This document shows, in pieces, positions 23,100 through 34,503 of a stretch of DNA of 37,437 bases. Position 1 is the stretch's first letter, and every line of letters starts with the position of its first letter. Source of the DNA: Welwitschia mirabilis (taxonomy: Eukaryota); NCBI GenBank assembly GCA_051453625.1, contig JBOZIK010000001.1, positions 4,801,250 through 4,838,686 of the forward strand, written 5' to 3'. The notes beneath the pieces are model-generated. The model made no database searches. It was given only the letters and a program-made list of their open reading frames with translations, and had not been told where the DNA came from. The translations under genes were made by a program, and so were the position numbers.

Positions 23100-25430
23100 T
23101 GAAAGAGGGAGAATAATACAAAATAATGTTGAGAGTAGGGATTGGTCCCATTCCTATATTTAATCAACTTATTATTCCCCTTCTTCTTTTCAAACTTTAT
23201 ATACAAATGATAATGAAAATATTCCACATTTTAGGGATTTAACCTCATTTACATAAACTTTTTATAATCGCTTTTATCAATTCCATTCATCTCCCATGCA
23301 TCATTATGCAGAAGAACCATCTTCCATGAACTAATATAAGGAATAAAATGATTCAATGAAAGAAATGATTAATAAAATAAAGAAGAGCCAACAAAATACC
23401 AATATTAGCCTATAAAATATTAATAAAAGCATAGTAATACCAACAAAAACCTAAAAAATTCGATTGAGATCTTGCAACAAATACTATTATAAAATCAAGG
23501 TTCTTTTACAATAAAACATCTTTAAATCTATCCTACTTTACTAGACATTGAGTAAAATGAGGAGAATTAACAAATAAATGATAGTAATTTTTGCTTTCAA
23601 ATAGAAAATGAAATTTTAAATTAAACTTTAACATCCTACTCATTAGGAGATGATCAAAGTTGAGACAATAATAAATCAACTCTATATTTCAATAATAAAT
23701 ATAAAGATGATCATTCATTAGATGATGATATTAAGATGTTAGATTTACTGCTAGAAAATCCTGATGAAGAATTCACTCATGAAAAATATGAAAGTTTTTT
23801 AATCCAAGATAGATATAATGATCACATTTCTCCTTATAATGAATCTAACAATATGCAACAAGATGATGAGAATGGTGAAGAAGAAGATGAGGATGACATT
23901 AAAATATTATATCATATCCCTTGTTTTCGCTTACTTGATAAGAATGAAAGAGTTCCACCTGTGAAAGAAGTTTAACTTATGATATTTATGGAGAATTTAA
24001 GTACTATGACAAAATTAGTGAAAACAAAGTCAACTTAGTAATAGCAAATCAATAACCAAAAATGAGGATTGTAGTTTATAATTAATAAAATTATTTAACA
24101 AAGAGGGGAGGAGTTAAATCAAGAAATATCAAAAAATCTTTCACCATATAATGAAGACCATAATAAATTTCCTTTCTATAATATTTTTAATGATCTTTTT
24201 GATGAATCTACTAACCCAAAAAAGAAAAATGATCGATAATAAAACAATAAAGAAGAGAACAATACAATTAATGATATCAATAATGAAGAAGAGGGAGATG
24301 TGATTAAAGGACATAATGAAGAAAGTAAAGAAAGCATTCAACCAAGTAATAATAAAGTTAACAATGAGAAGGAGAGAAATGAATAAGAATTAATTCAAAA
24401 TTAAATAAACTTAATGAAGAATAGACTTATACCTTTTAGTGAAGAAAAACCAACTTAAAAAGTTTCTACATGTTTCTCCATCTCTTTCACTTATACTTCC
24501 TTGAAAAATCTAAAATGACATCCTTCCTTCTACTTCTACTTCTACATTACCTTGTAATATTAACAATGATGTTCTCTCTCCCTGTATTCCTTTTGAACAT
24601 TCAAGTAGTTTTTCAAATCACATCCCTATCCTTGAAATTAATAAGATACATCACGTTAAGAACTCAACTCCAAAAATCTTCCAATCCTTTCCTTTTAAAA
24701 CTTCATGTGCTACAAAAATTAAGAACTTTTCCTCTATTACAAAGCCAATTCTACCTTGCACTTTTAATGATTATTCTTTTTAAAAACAAGACTAGGATAT
24801 CTTGGAACTCTAAATTGGGGTAAACCATACCTTCTTGATTGAAATTCATGCTTAAAATTAAATGTTAAGGATCTTCTTAGGTACATTAAAAATATTTTAA
24901 CTACTTAACCTTCAAAGTTTTTAACAAATCATTAGATCTCAAATAATACTTTTCATGTTTAATATCAAGCTTTGAATGTAATTTATGTTTCAAATTCTTT
25001 ATATTATGATTTTGATAAGAGATTGTTTTTTCATGAGTTATATAAATTTTTTATTTCTTATATTACTACTAAATATTATGAATACAAAATGTTATGTGGT
25101 TATGCTAATTATAAAAAGTCTCATTTCTTTGATGAAAATCTGTGTCTCGAATCAAATGATAGAAAACTACTTAATATTATTAGACATTTTAAAGAGCCTT
25201 TTACATATAATGACACTCATGATTTACATAATTTTAATAAGAGATTATTTATTAATGACATTTATCACATCTTTATCTCTTATTTGAATTCTAGAATTTG
25301 TTCTATCAAAGTTTTATCTTTCTACTCTCTCTTCCTCCAATTGATTTTACTAAAAAATGATTGTATATCTTTTATGTTTTATGAATTGGTGAATATTTGG
25401 TTTGGACATTATTTCTCCAAAATAATATAA
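23100..25430 (+). pseudogene. Decayed ORF of the sister element: gag-C-terminal coiled-coil-like piece, acidic D/E/N-rich region, hydrophobic C-terminal module
   Basis: MINKIKKSQQ...EILQQILL*NQ (~23365-23500) resembles unit 3 LIDQIRRS*E...NILQQMLLANQ. Acidic ORF fragment at 23736-23975. ORF 24972-25430 ends with a 40-aa segment 24/40 identical to the unit-2 tail. The start coordinate is approximate. Confidence 0.55.
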
Positions 25431-27422
25431 TATCCTGAAATCATAACCTTAGAAACAACTCCTTATTTTTTTCATTTTTTTCAATAAAAGTATTAATTAG
25501 ATTTTATATTTTTGAATAAAACTTGTTTTTAGTTTGCATGGTGTTTTCTTTTTACTATTATGTTTTTATAATTTTATCTTTGGTATTTATTTTAAATAAT
25601 AAATTAACCTCTAGATGGTTAAGTCCTTGCTTTATCTTTGAGAAACTACCTTCTAATGACTATGTTGAGATTTCTGACTTAACCACTAAAGAAGTTTAGA
25701 AAGCTAATGAGAAAAGGTTAAAAATATACAAGAAACCTTCTAATATAAATATGATAGAACTACTAGCCCTATAGATTTCCTTAATAAGGAGAGCTTCCTC
25801 CCTATCATTGTCTGAATTTTCTCTTAGATTTTTTNNNNNNNNNNTGTCACTTGATTATTTTTCAAGCATGACTTATGTATTTATTTTATTTTTATGATTA
25901 GTCTTTGACTTGGGTATTTTATAGTGGTAAGATTAGATTCTCTCATTCTTGAGGCATTCAAACATCTATGAAATTTAGTTTGAAGGAAGATGCTTTATTT
26001 TTAATTTTTTATCAATGGTCAAAAGTTGTTAGATTGTTTAAGGGTATTCTTTTCTACTTTTCATCTTATAACTTCACCTTCATCTTTTGAGATGTTTGGT
26101 CATGTAAAATATTTCATTTGTGAGGAGGAAAAAAAGAAAAAAAAAGAAAAATAAAATAAGTCCTTAATGTTTTATATTTAAGATAGCTCAAAAACATGGT
26201 AATCATGATTTCCTATTTCAATTACACTAGGGCAAACTTTCCCAAGAGGGGCCTTTTGTAGTTTAATATGATAGCTAGGGAAACTCCACTGGGGGGATTA
26301 ATTGGCCATGCTTCATAGGTATTTACTTCTCTGACTGTGGTAACACTTCCCTCATCATAGATAGTTAGATAATAAAATAATAAAAACATAAAGGCTATGA
26401 GATCAATGGTGTTCCTAGTATCATTAGAGGCATTGCTTATTTCCTAGACTCTTTATTTTTTCACATAATAATTTTATTTCTAAGGATTTGAGTTTTTATT
26501 TTGAGATGTAAGCAGGTGAATTTATTTTGAGTAACTCGTTGATATTATCATTTATTATTTAAATCATTTAATTTATTTAGCATTATCATACCACTGCCTT
26601 ATTAAATAGAATTTTTTTTAATACATCAAGTCATGCATTTTTAAATCAAATGATGTATAATTCTTTCACAGGAGTCTACTAGGTTAAAATTTATGGTATG
26701 TAGGTTATCTTATTTATGTTTCCTTATGTCCATTCTTTTTATTTTATTTTGTTGTTCAGTAGTTATTTCAAAGTCATTTCCATATTTTATTATCATTTTT
26801 ATGACCTTAACATTTTATGGTTTTCTTGCTAATTTTTAATAAAGAATTTATTTCTTACTTAGATAAGTTTCTTTAAGAATTTTGTGATGTTTATTTTTAG
26901 TCTTTTGGAGTTCTAAATGCTGATTTTAATCATTTTTATGATGGCACATTTGTTTGGCATTCAGAAATTTGCTTCATTCTAATTAGTACATTTTTCATTA
27001 ACTACTCTTTTTATTCTTGTTAGAATATTTCATACATATCTATTTTTCAAATCTAACATTTCTATACTCAACTTTACATGTAATTCATTAATTGTCCAAA
27101 TTCAAAAATACCTATCATCTGCCTTCCCATTACCATCTGATTTCCTTGCTTCATTGGCCAATACAGGACATATTTTTTTCTCAGGGGAGGACAAGACTCA
27201 TTTTCATGATTCATTTTTATAAATTTTTGAGCTATTTTAGAGCATTTATAAGACATAATTTTGAAATTTTTAGTCCATACACTTGATGCATTACATGTTA
27301 TTTTATAATGCGATGTGTTTGAGATTATTTATAAGCCTATTTTATAGTTTTTAGATTGATTTTTTAAAGATAGCTTGGCTCATATTTGTTTTTTTTCACT
27401 TAGTTTTTATCAAGAATTAGTA

Positions 27423-27441
27423 AAGGCTAAGTGGAGAGCTA
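27423..27441 (+). other. Polypurine tract of the sister element
   Basis: AAGGCTAAGTGGAGAGCTA immediately before the LTR-initial TG at 27442. Confidence 0.8.
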
Positions 27442-28548
27442 TGATGCATTGCCAAATTTTATGTATTTGATGGGGTATTATAAGCTATTTTTTAGGATAC
27501 TTATATAGGTTTAGATGTAATTCTAAGGATTATGGAGAATTAATGGAAGATCTCAAAAATATGAAATTCTTGGCATGATTAGAGGAATTTAGGGCACATT
27601 CTAATGCATATGGATTTGGAGGAAGATCATTGATGCAAAAGGAAGAATTCTCTTAAGCTAAAAAGAGAGGCCTATCATTCCCTCTATTATCCGAGCCAGG
27701 ATGATAGCACTGTAGATACTACATGAAAATGGTGATGTGGACTAGAGCTAGTACTATTGAGTCATCCTTTTTAAAGGGATGTTATCCCCATGATTATTCT
27801 CATGACATGTAGGATGATGAATGTAACATTTAAGTTATCGTTCCTTGGTCATCTCCATAACAGGAAGGATGACAGTTGTAACCGCTAGGCAATCTTTATC
27901 CATTTTATTTTTTTCTTTCTTATAATCAAGTACATTTTGTAGCATCTTTTGTGAATTGATTTTATTTCTTAATGCTATAAAAAATACCCTCTTTGACTCT
28001 CCTCTTTATCTTTAATTCACTAGATAGTCTTATGATAGGAGATCAAAGGATGAGAGATCCATCTCATGAGTTGTCGAAAGACATTTCCTTGGTGGAGGGC
28101 TGTGCATCCTCCATTGAGACCTGACTGTTTTGTAATCTAGATGTTGGTTTCATTTTAATATAAAACTCTATTTTCATTTTTTCATCTTAATTTTATTATA
28201 TTTTTTTTCTGGTTTATGTTACCATTGATTCAATGATAGTTTCATTGATGATATAAGTCTTAAGGGTAGCCTTTATTAAGGCTGAAGAAAGTAGTTTAGA
28301 TTCATTTTGCATTGCATTTAGATTTAGTTGCACTTGCATTACATATTTACTTTCTTACATTAGTTCTTAAGTTTTGGTCACAATACTCTCTTTAAAAATC
28401 ATTTCTCATTCTCCTCTCATAAGTCTTCAATGGGATACAACATTTGGGTCACTCCCATTCATACTAAAGTGTGCATTTTGCAATATATATATGTTAATTA
28501 ACAGGATTTGGAGTAAGATGTAAATTTACAAAAATATAAATCACAATA
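27442..28548 (+). repeat. 3' LTR (1107 bp) of the sister element
   Basis: Starts TGATGC after the PPT and is colinear with the 5' LTR. The terminal CA has decayed to TA and is followed by the TSD ATGAT. Confidence 0.9.
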
Positions 28549-30220
28549 ATGATTTTAAAATTTATAATGGCTAAGCACTATGATATCTAATGGGATTATG
28601 ACATTTATAACACATTGTACTAAAAACTTATACATATTATGTCTAAATAAGAATTGTAGTATGTAATTTATAATATGTATACATATGAATTTTTTTGTTT
28701 CTATGGCAAGTGTATAAATAATGGACATGAATCCATAATGCCTTGTTATTAGGTTAAAGAATATGAAAAGGACATTATTCATAACTAAAATGGGCATGAT
28801 TATGAGATTACTTAAGCAGTAACAATAATTTCATTTATTAGNNNNNNNNNNNNNNNNNNNNNNNNNNNNNNNNNNNNNNNNNNNNNNNNNNNNNNNNNNN
28901 NNNNNNNNNNNNNNNNNNNNNNNNNNNNNNNNNNNNNNNNNTAATGATTTTAAAATTTATAATGGCTAAGCACTGGGATTATGACATTTATAACACATTG
29001 TACTAAAAATTTATACATATTATGTCTAAATAAGAATTGTAGTATTAATTTATAATATTTATACATATGAATTTTTTTGTATCTATGGCAAGTGTATAAA
29101 TAATGGACATGAATCCATAATTCCTTGTTATTAGGTTAAAGAATATGAAAAGGACATTATTCATAACTGAAATGGGCATGATTATGAGATTACTTAAGTA
29201 GTAATAATAATTTCATTTATTAGGCAAAAATATATAGAAAACTTTAAGTTTTAAGAATACCCTTAAGTAGGCTAAAATGGTATATGTTTAAATTTTAATC
29301 CAAGAATTATCCAAGGATCTAGTCAACTAACATAATCTTAGCTTATTCCCATTAAAATAAGAAATACAAACTTTACTTTTAGAAGTGGGAAAGTTGAAGC
29401 TCTATTTATGCTTTTGTCAAGCTATACATTAGGATAAAGTAGCAAAGTTAATGTTATATTTTTAGCATTAATCTTTGTTGATTTATTAGACTAGATGAAA
29501 GACTTACTATAGTGCTCAAGGAGCTGGGAAGTGGATTTTAAATCATGGTAGCTAAAATTTTCTCTATAGGATAGACAAGAACAATTAAGAGTAAGACATA
29601 TAAATAAAAATTAAGTTTCATAACCATAGACCCATTCACTATCACTTATTTAAAATTGATTATAGGCCTTTAGAAGGAGTCGACCATTTAAAAGTGGAAA
29701 ATTATTAGTATCAATAATTAGAAATGGCTAAAAAAAGTTGTCTCACCTATGAGTCAGAGAAAGTGAAGAAGGAAACACACTAATGACAACATTACTTTAC
29801 AGCAAGCAACATTAAAGGAGAAAGAAAAAGTACTGAAGAAAAAGCAATCAAATAGTTCTTAATGACTCCTTTTTAATAAGAGAGTTCTTTAATGGAAAAT
29901 AGAGGTTGGCAAGAACATACCATCCATGGAGGAAATAGTAACATGCATGAGCTGTATGTGTAGGAATAAGGGTGGTAGGTAAGTAACTTTTATTACATGT
30001 TCCTTTGGAATTTTATGAGGATGAAGGAGGAGAAAATTAAATATTGTGTAGCCTATTCCTAAATTATTGAGATGGGTTATATTAATTAAAAATGTTGTAT
30101 GATGGGTAATATGGAATGGCTACCATAATGGCCATATAGAATGTTCATCAAATGAAAGAATGACCCTTCATTATGTATTAGAATGACTATGTGATGTTTT
30201 TTATTGAATATTAATACTAA

Positions 30221-30400
30221 CAACTTTTAGTTCAACTGGTTAAGCTATAATGATAAGGATGGAAAGTTGTGAGTTTAAATCTCAATAAGTGAAAAAACAA
30301 AATTAAAAAAACTATTAATTGAAATAGTTTTTAATATTTAAACTATTTAATTAATTAGTTATAATGGTAAGGATTGGAGGTTGTAGGTTTAAATTTTACA
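30221..30400 (+). other. Two decayed tRNA-like heads (pseudo-tRNA or tRNA-derived SINE/TE remnant)
   Basis: A-box-like TAGTTCAACTGG (30228-30239) and B-box/T-arm-like TGAG-TTTAAAT-CTCA (30270-30284) at tRNA spacing. A second, partial copy lies at ~30355-30400 (TATAATGGTAAGGATTGGAGGTTGTAGGTTTAAAT). Both are followed by A-rich tracts. Confidence 0.45.
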
Positions 30401-31179
30401 AATAAAAAAATGGTAACTTAAAAATTTTAAATCTAGAATTTTTTTAAAAATAAAGATATTCTTAACTTCTTAAAATTAAATAAGTTATTAAAGATTAAAA
30501 TTAATAAATTTAAAAAGATTATTAATAAAAATATTTGTAATATATTTGACATTCTAAATAAGAAAAAATAAATAAATCGTATGCTCTAATCTTTAACCTT
30601 TAAAAAGGAAATCTATATCATTTTAAAAGGTAATATAAAATTTAGTATTAAAAACATGTTTTTATTAAGTAATTTTGTGAACTCTTTTAAACTCTTTTAG
30701 GCAATAACAATTAAAATATTTTTTATTATTACTTTGTGTTTAGATAAAGGAGCAATTAGTTAATTAGGAATGCCTATCATGTTACTTAAATATTTGGAAG
30801 ATTGCATATTAGAAGTGTGTGTGATGTTTTCTCAAATTTGTTGACAATGGTCATGATGTTTTCTAATGGCCATCATCATTGGCCTTATCATGTCAAATAG
30901 ACAAATGACATGGGTCACCTCATTTAAATAAGAAATAGACCTCACTATAACTGAATCAAAGGAGAAACAGCTATAAGGATTAACAATTTACCTAGAACAA
31001 TGTGTAATTTAGTTCAAGAAGAGGGGTATTGACTAGCATGATAGGGGACATAAAAGAGAAGACATTAAATGATAGTTTACTTTGTAGGTATTACATGGAC
31101 AAAAAGAATGATAACAAAGGAGGAAAATGTAGAAAAAAGGGGTCTTAATAACTTCATTTAAATGAAGAAGTTCTTATTG

Positions 31180-32428
31180 ATTTTCAGGATAGTAGCTATA
31201 GAATCTAGAAAAGGGATTAAATAGAATTTATAATTTTAAAATTATCCTTTAATACTTTCACCAAAAATATTTGAGCATTCAGATTAATGAACTAAGTTAT
31301 TGTTAGATAAAATCAAATGAAAGAATATTAAAATAACTAAAAATAGAAAATACCATAGAAGTCACTAGATACACAATTTATAATGGTTTGGAAAACCTCT
31401 TACTCCACCTTTAGTAGTCAACATCAGCCCTAAGATGATTTGAATCCTTATTGATTTCTTTTTAGATTTCTCAGGTTAACCTGTAACCTTTACAAATGGA
31501 CTTTTCAAGGCTATGTCTCAAACTTTATAGAGTGAAGCTTTTGGTGAAAACAGTGNNNNNNNNNNNNNNNNNNNNNNNNNNNNNNNNNNNNNNNNNNNNN
31601 NNNNNNNNNNNNNNNNNNNNNNNNNNNNNNNNNNNNNNNNNNNNNNNNNNNNNNNTCTTACTCCACTTTTAGTAGTCAGCATTAGCCCTAAGATGATTTG
31701 AATCCTTATTGATTTCTTTTTAGGTTTCTTAGGTTAACCTATAACCTTTACAAATGGACTTTTCAAGGCTAAGTCTCAAACTTTATAGAGTGAAGCTTTT
31801 GGTGAAAATAGTATGCTAGAATGCATTGAAAGTACAACAAAAAATAAAAATACACTATCTAAGAGTAAGTTCACAAGTCCAAGTACATACAGAGTAGTCT
31901 ATTTGACAAAGATTTCCATAGTAAAAAAGAGTGTTTCTTCTTTTTATTCAATCAAAAAAATATNNNNNNNNNNNNNNNNNNNNNNNNNNNNNNNNNNNNN
32001 NNNNNNNNNNNNNNNNNNNNNNNNNNNNNNNNNNNNNNNNNNNNNNNNNNNNNNNNNNNNNNNNNNNNNNNNNNNNNNNNNNNNNNNNNNNNNNNNNNNN
32101 NNNNNNNNNNNNNNNNNNNNNNNNNNNNNNNNNNNNNNNNNNNNNNNNNNNNNNNNNNNNNNNNNNNNNNNTTTGGTCAACTTGAGTTCTTTATGTCATC
32201 TAGTTTAGTCGAATCCATCCAAAATCTAGTCAACTATATAGGGTCTAATTTCAATTGACTGCCTTTTTAATCTAGTCAATCCCTTATCAATTTTATATGA
32301 AACATTTTTAGCATAGGTCTAGTTGACCCCTCTGAAATCTAGTTGAACTTTAATAAATTGATTTAATAATTTTTGGTATAGCTTTGGTTAATCCCTCTGG
32401 GATCTAGTCGATCCCATGATAAATTAAT
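31180..32428 (-). repeat. Putative 3' LTR of the Sirevirus-like element
   Basis: CTAGAAAAGGGATTAAATAG (31206-31224) resembles the reverse complement of the C-rich ATTCACCCCCCTCT LTR-end signal. ATTTATAATGGTTTGG...TACTCCAC near 31376-31408. Clustered TCTAGTCRAY repeats at 32199-32415. No partner LTR is in the window. Confidence 0.5.
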
Positions 32429-33064
32429 NNNNNNNNNNNNNNNNNNNNNNNNNNNNNNNNNNNNNNNNNNNNNNNNNNNNNNNNNNNNNNNNNNNNNNNN
32501 NNNNNNNNNNNNNNNNNNNNNNNNNNNNNNNNNNNNNNNNNNNNNNNNNNNNNNNNNNNNNNNNNNNNNNNNNNNNNNNNNNNNNNNNNNNNNNNNNNNN
32601 NNNNNNNNNNNNNNNNNNNNNNNNNNNNNNNNNNNNNNNNNNNNNNNNNNNNNNNNNNNNNNNNNNNNNNNNNNNNNNNNNNNNNNNNNNNNNNNNNNNN
32701 NNNNNNNNNNNNNNNNNNNNNNNNNNNNNNNNNNNNNNNNNNNNNNNNNNNNNNNNNNNNNNNNNNNNNNNNNNNNNNNNNNNNNNNNNNNNNNNNNNNN
32801 NNNNNNNNNNNNNNNNNNNNNNNNNNNNNNNNNNNNNNNNNNNNNNNNNNNNNNNNNNNNNNNNNNNNNNNNNNNNNNNNNNNNNNNNNNNNNNNNNNNN
32901 NNNNNNNNNNNNNNNNNNNNNNNNNNNNNNNNNNNNNNNNNNNNNNNNNNNNNNNNNNNNNNNNNNNNNNNNNNNNNNNNNNNNNNNNNNNNNNNNACAT
33001 CAATAATAAAGGAGAGAAAACAACAATATCAATAATAATAATACTAATAATAATCACAATAAGA

Positions 33065-34119
33065 TTAGTCTAATTCTTCCTCGTCCTCTTCCTCAGATTC
33101 TTTTTTAAAATCTAGGTCATCTTCTTTTTCTTCTTCTTTCAGAGCTACTAGCTTTCTCAAAAGTATCTGCAACTTTGTAGTCTACTATAATAAGTGCCTC
33201 CTTCATGTAAAGAGTGCACAAATCAAGCCTTTTTAGGTATGAAAGAGTCTCTTCAAGTGAGGTTTACTTTAGAGAAGAAGATTTAGAAGATTTCTTGGAG
33301 CTAGAGAAAACATGCATTCAGGATAAAGCAACACACCCAATGGAAGTCATGGAGTTAAGGTTTCAAATTTGAGGTACATTTAGACCCTAAAGTAATAAAA
33401 AATATTTGCAATTAGGACAAATTAAAGAAGAGCTCAAGTCTTATGGTATTCCAAATAAGAAACCATATTCTTAAGAATGATGGCAAGAGCATTAATGGAG
33501 TGATATGTTCCCACCAAATATAGAGGATAAGAATGATAAATTGAGGTCTTATCATGATAAATATTAAGAGGTAAAAAAATTATAGGTAAAAGCTAGATAA
33601 ATAAAATGATATTTGGGAATAATATGAAAGGTAAAAAGGGTGGATTTCCACCAAATAAGTTTTCCACATAGCTTCTTGGTGACTTCTATCTTATCCTCCA
33701 TGGAGTCCTTGAAGGGCTAGAACTCCTCATAATCTCCTCTAAGGAAATTTATTGGGGAGGCTATTGAATATGAAATAACTCTTATATCTTATCCCAAAAT
33801 AAATGTCAAAAGGATAAAAGAAGCTGCATCATAATAAGCATTATAATAGAATATGTGAGTAAGAAAAGGATATGTAGACTTAGAAATCTCAACAAAATAA
33901 GAGATATCTAGATAATTAAGCAACCTTACCACATCTTAAAGTTCCATGATTTATCTTGAAGCTACGAGTCTCTTCTGATAAATAGGCTTATTTTCAAACT
34001 TCTTAGTAAGTAAGCTCATCCAAGGCTTCATCTAACATTCCTGAGTAGAAGGAACCTAGATCCTTACTTACAGTCTCTTCTTCTTTTGATCTTTTTGAGG
34101 GTCCTTCTACCATGGACAT
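33065..34119 (-). pseudogene. Extra (env-like) ORF of the Sirevirus-like element, decayed
   Basis: My translation across stops reads MSMVEGPSKRSKEE...STYPFLTHIFYYNAY...TFILG*DIRV...YPLYLVGTYHSINALAIILKNM...LIANIFYYFRV...EKEDDLDFKKESEEEDEEELD*. This resembles the YPxLVxxFYxN...INLxxIIxxxM...LTxIFxxxGV pattern of plant retrotransposon extra ORFs. It lies downstream of pol on the same strand. Confidence 0.65.
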
Positions 34120-34503
34120 ACGTGATACTTGTTGAAGACCAAAAAAGAAGGAAGTAAACTAATAAGATCTAAAGAAGATAGGAAAACAGGTGGAAATGAG
34201 CTAGGTAGGGTTCCAAAAGGATTTTAAAAAGGGAGTGAAATAGGCTAAATCTAAGAAAAAAATCAAGTTCATTGCCTTTCTTTTTCTCCTAACCATATAG
34301 GTCTGATCGATTAGATTATGATCTAATTGATCTATTAAGGTACAAGTTAAAAAATATTCTAGATCTAGTTAACCAAGACTATAGTTCAATTGATCTAATT
34401 GATTTTAGTTTTACATGGAAAAAGTGGAGGTAACTAGGCTAAGGTGATTCAACTTCTCTAGGTCTAGTCAACTAAATTATAAATCTAGTCAATCCCCTAA
34501 ATT

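Larger units (their letters stand above)
19730..28548 (+). mobile_element. Complete non-autonomous Athila-like sister element (LARD-like) with 5-bp TSD ATGAT
   Basis: Two LTRs, PBS at 21627-21644 and PPT at 27423-27441. ATGAT at 19725-19729 and 28549-28553 lies exactly at the boundaries inferred from LTR-LTR alignment. LTRs, leader and 3'UTR are reverse-complement homologues of units 1-3. Confidence 0.9.

Noticed and set aside
23736..23975. Acidic 79-aa ORF as a captured host gene
   Set aside because: It is low complexity and flanked by in-strand decayed coding-like sequence of the element. There is no identifiable homologue by eye.
28555..28797. 80-aa minus-strand ORF with faint resemblance to copia integrase
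   Set aside because: No catalytic or TPQQNG motif is recognisable, and the duplicate copy across the gap has frame-breaking indels.
30221..30295. Functional tRNA gene
   Set aside because: The B box lacks the invariant TTC, and I could not fold acceptor or anticodon stems.
29225..31170. Possible host gene exons in the purine-rich stretch between elements
   Set aside because: No ORF of 60 aa or more, no recognisable domain and no convincing exon-intron structure. Left unannotated.
32199..32415. Spaced short repeats as a CRISPR-like array
   Set aside because: The repeats are ~10 bp, degenerate and irregularly spaced, in a eukaryotic retrotransposon context with no cas genes.
2521..33057. Long ORFs in the track containing X runs (e.g. 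2584-3291, 15191-16246, 18450-18992, 32404-33057)
   Set aside because: They are artefacts of translating through N gaps. Only the flanking residues carry information.
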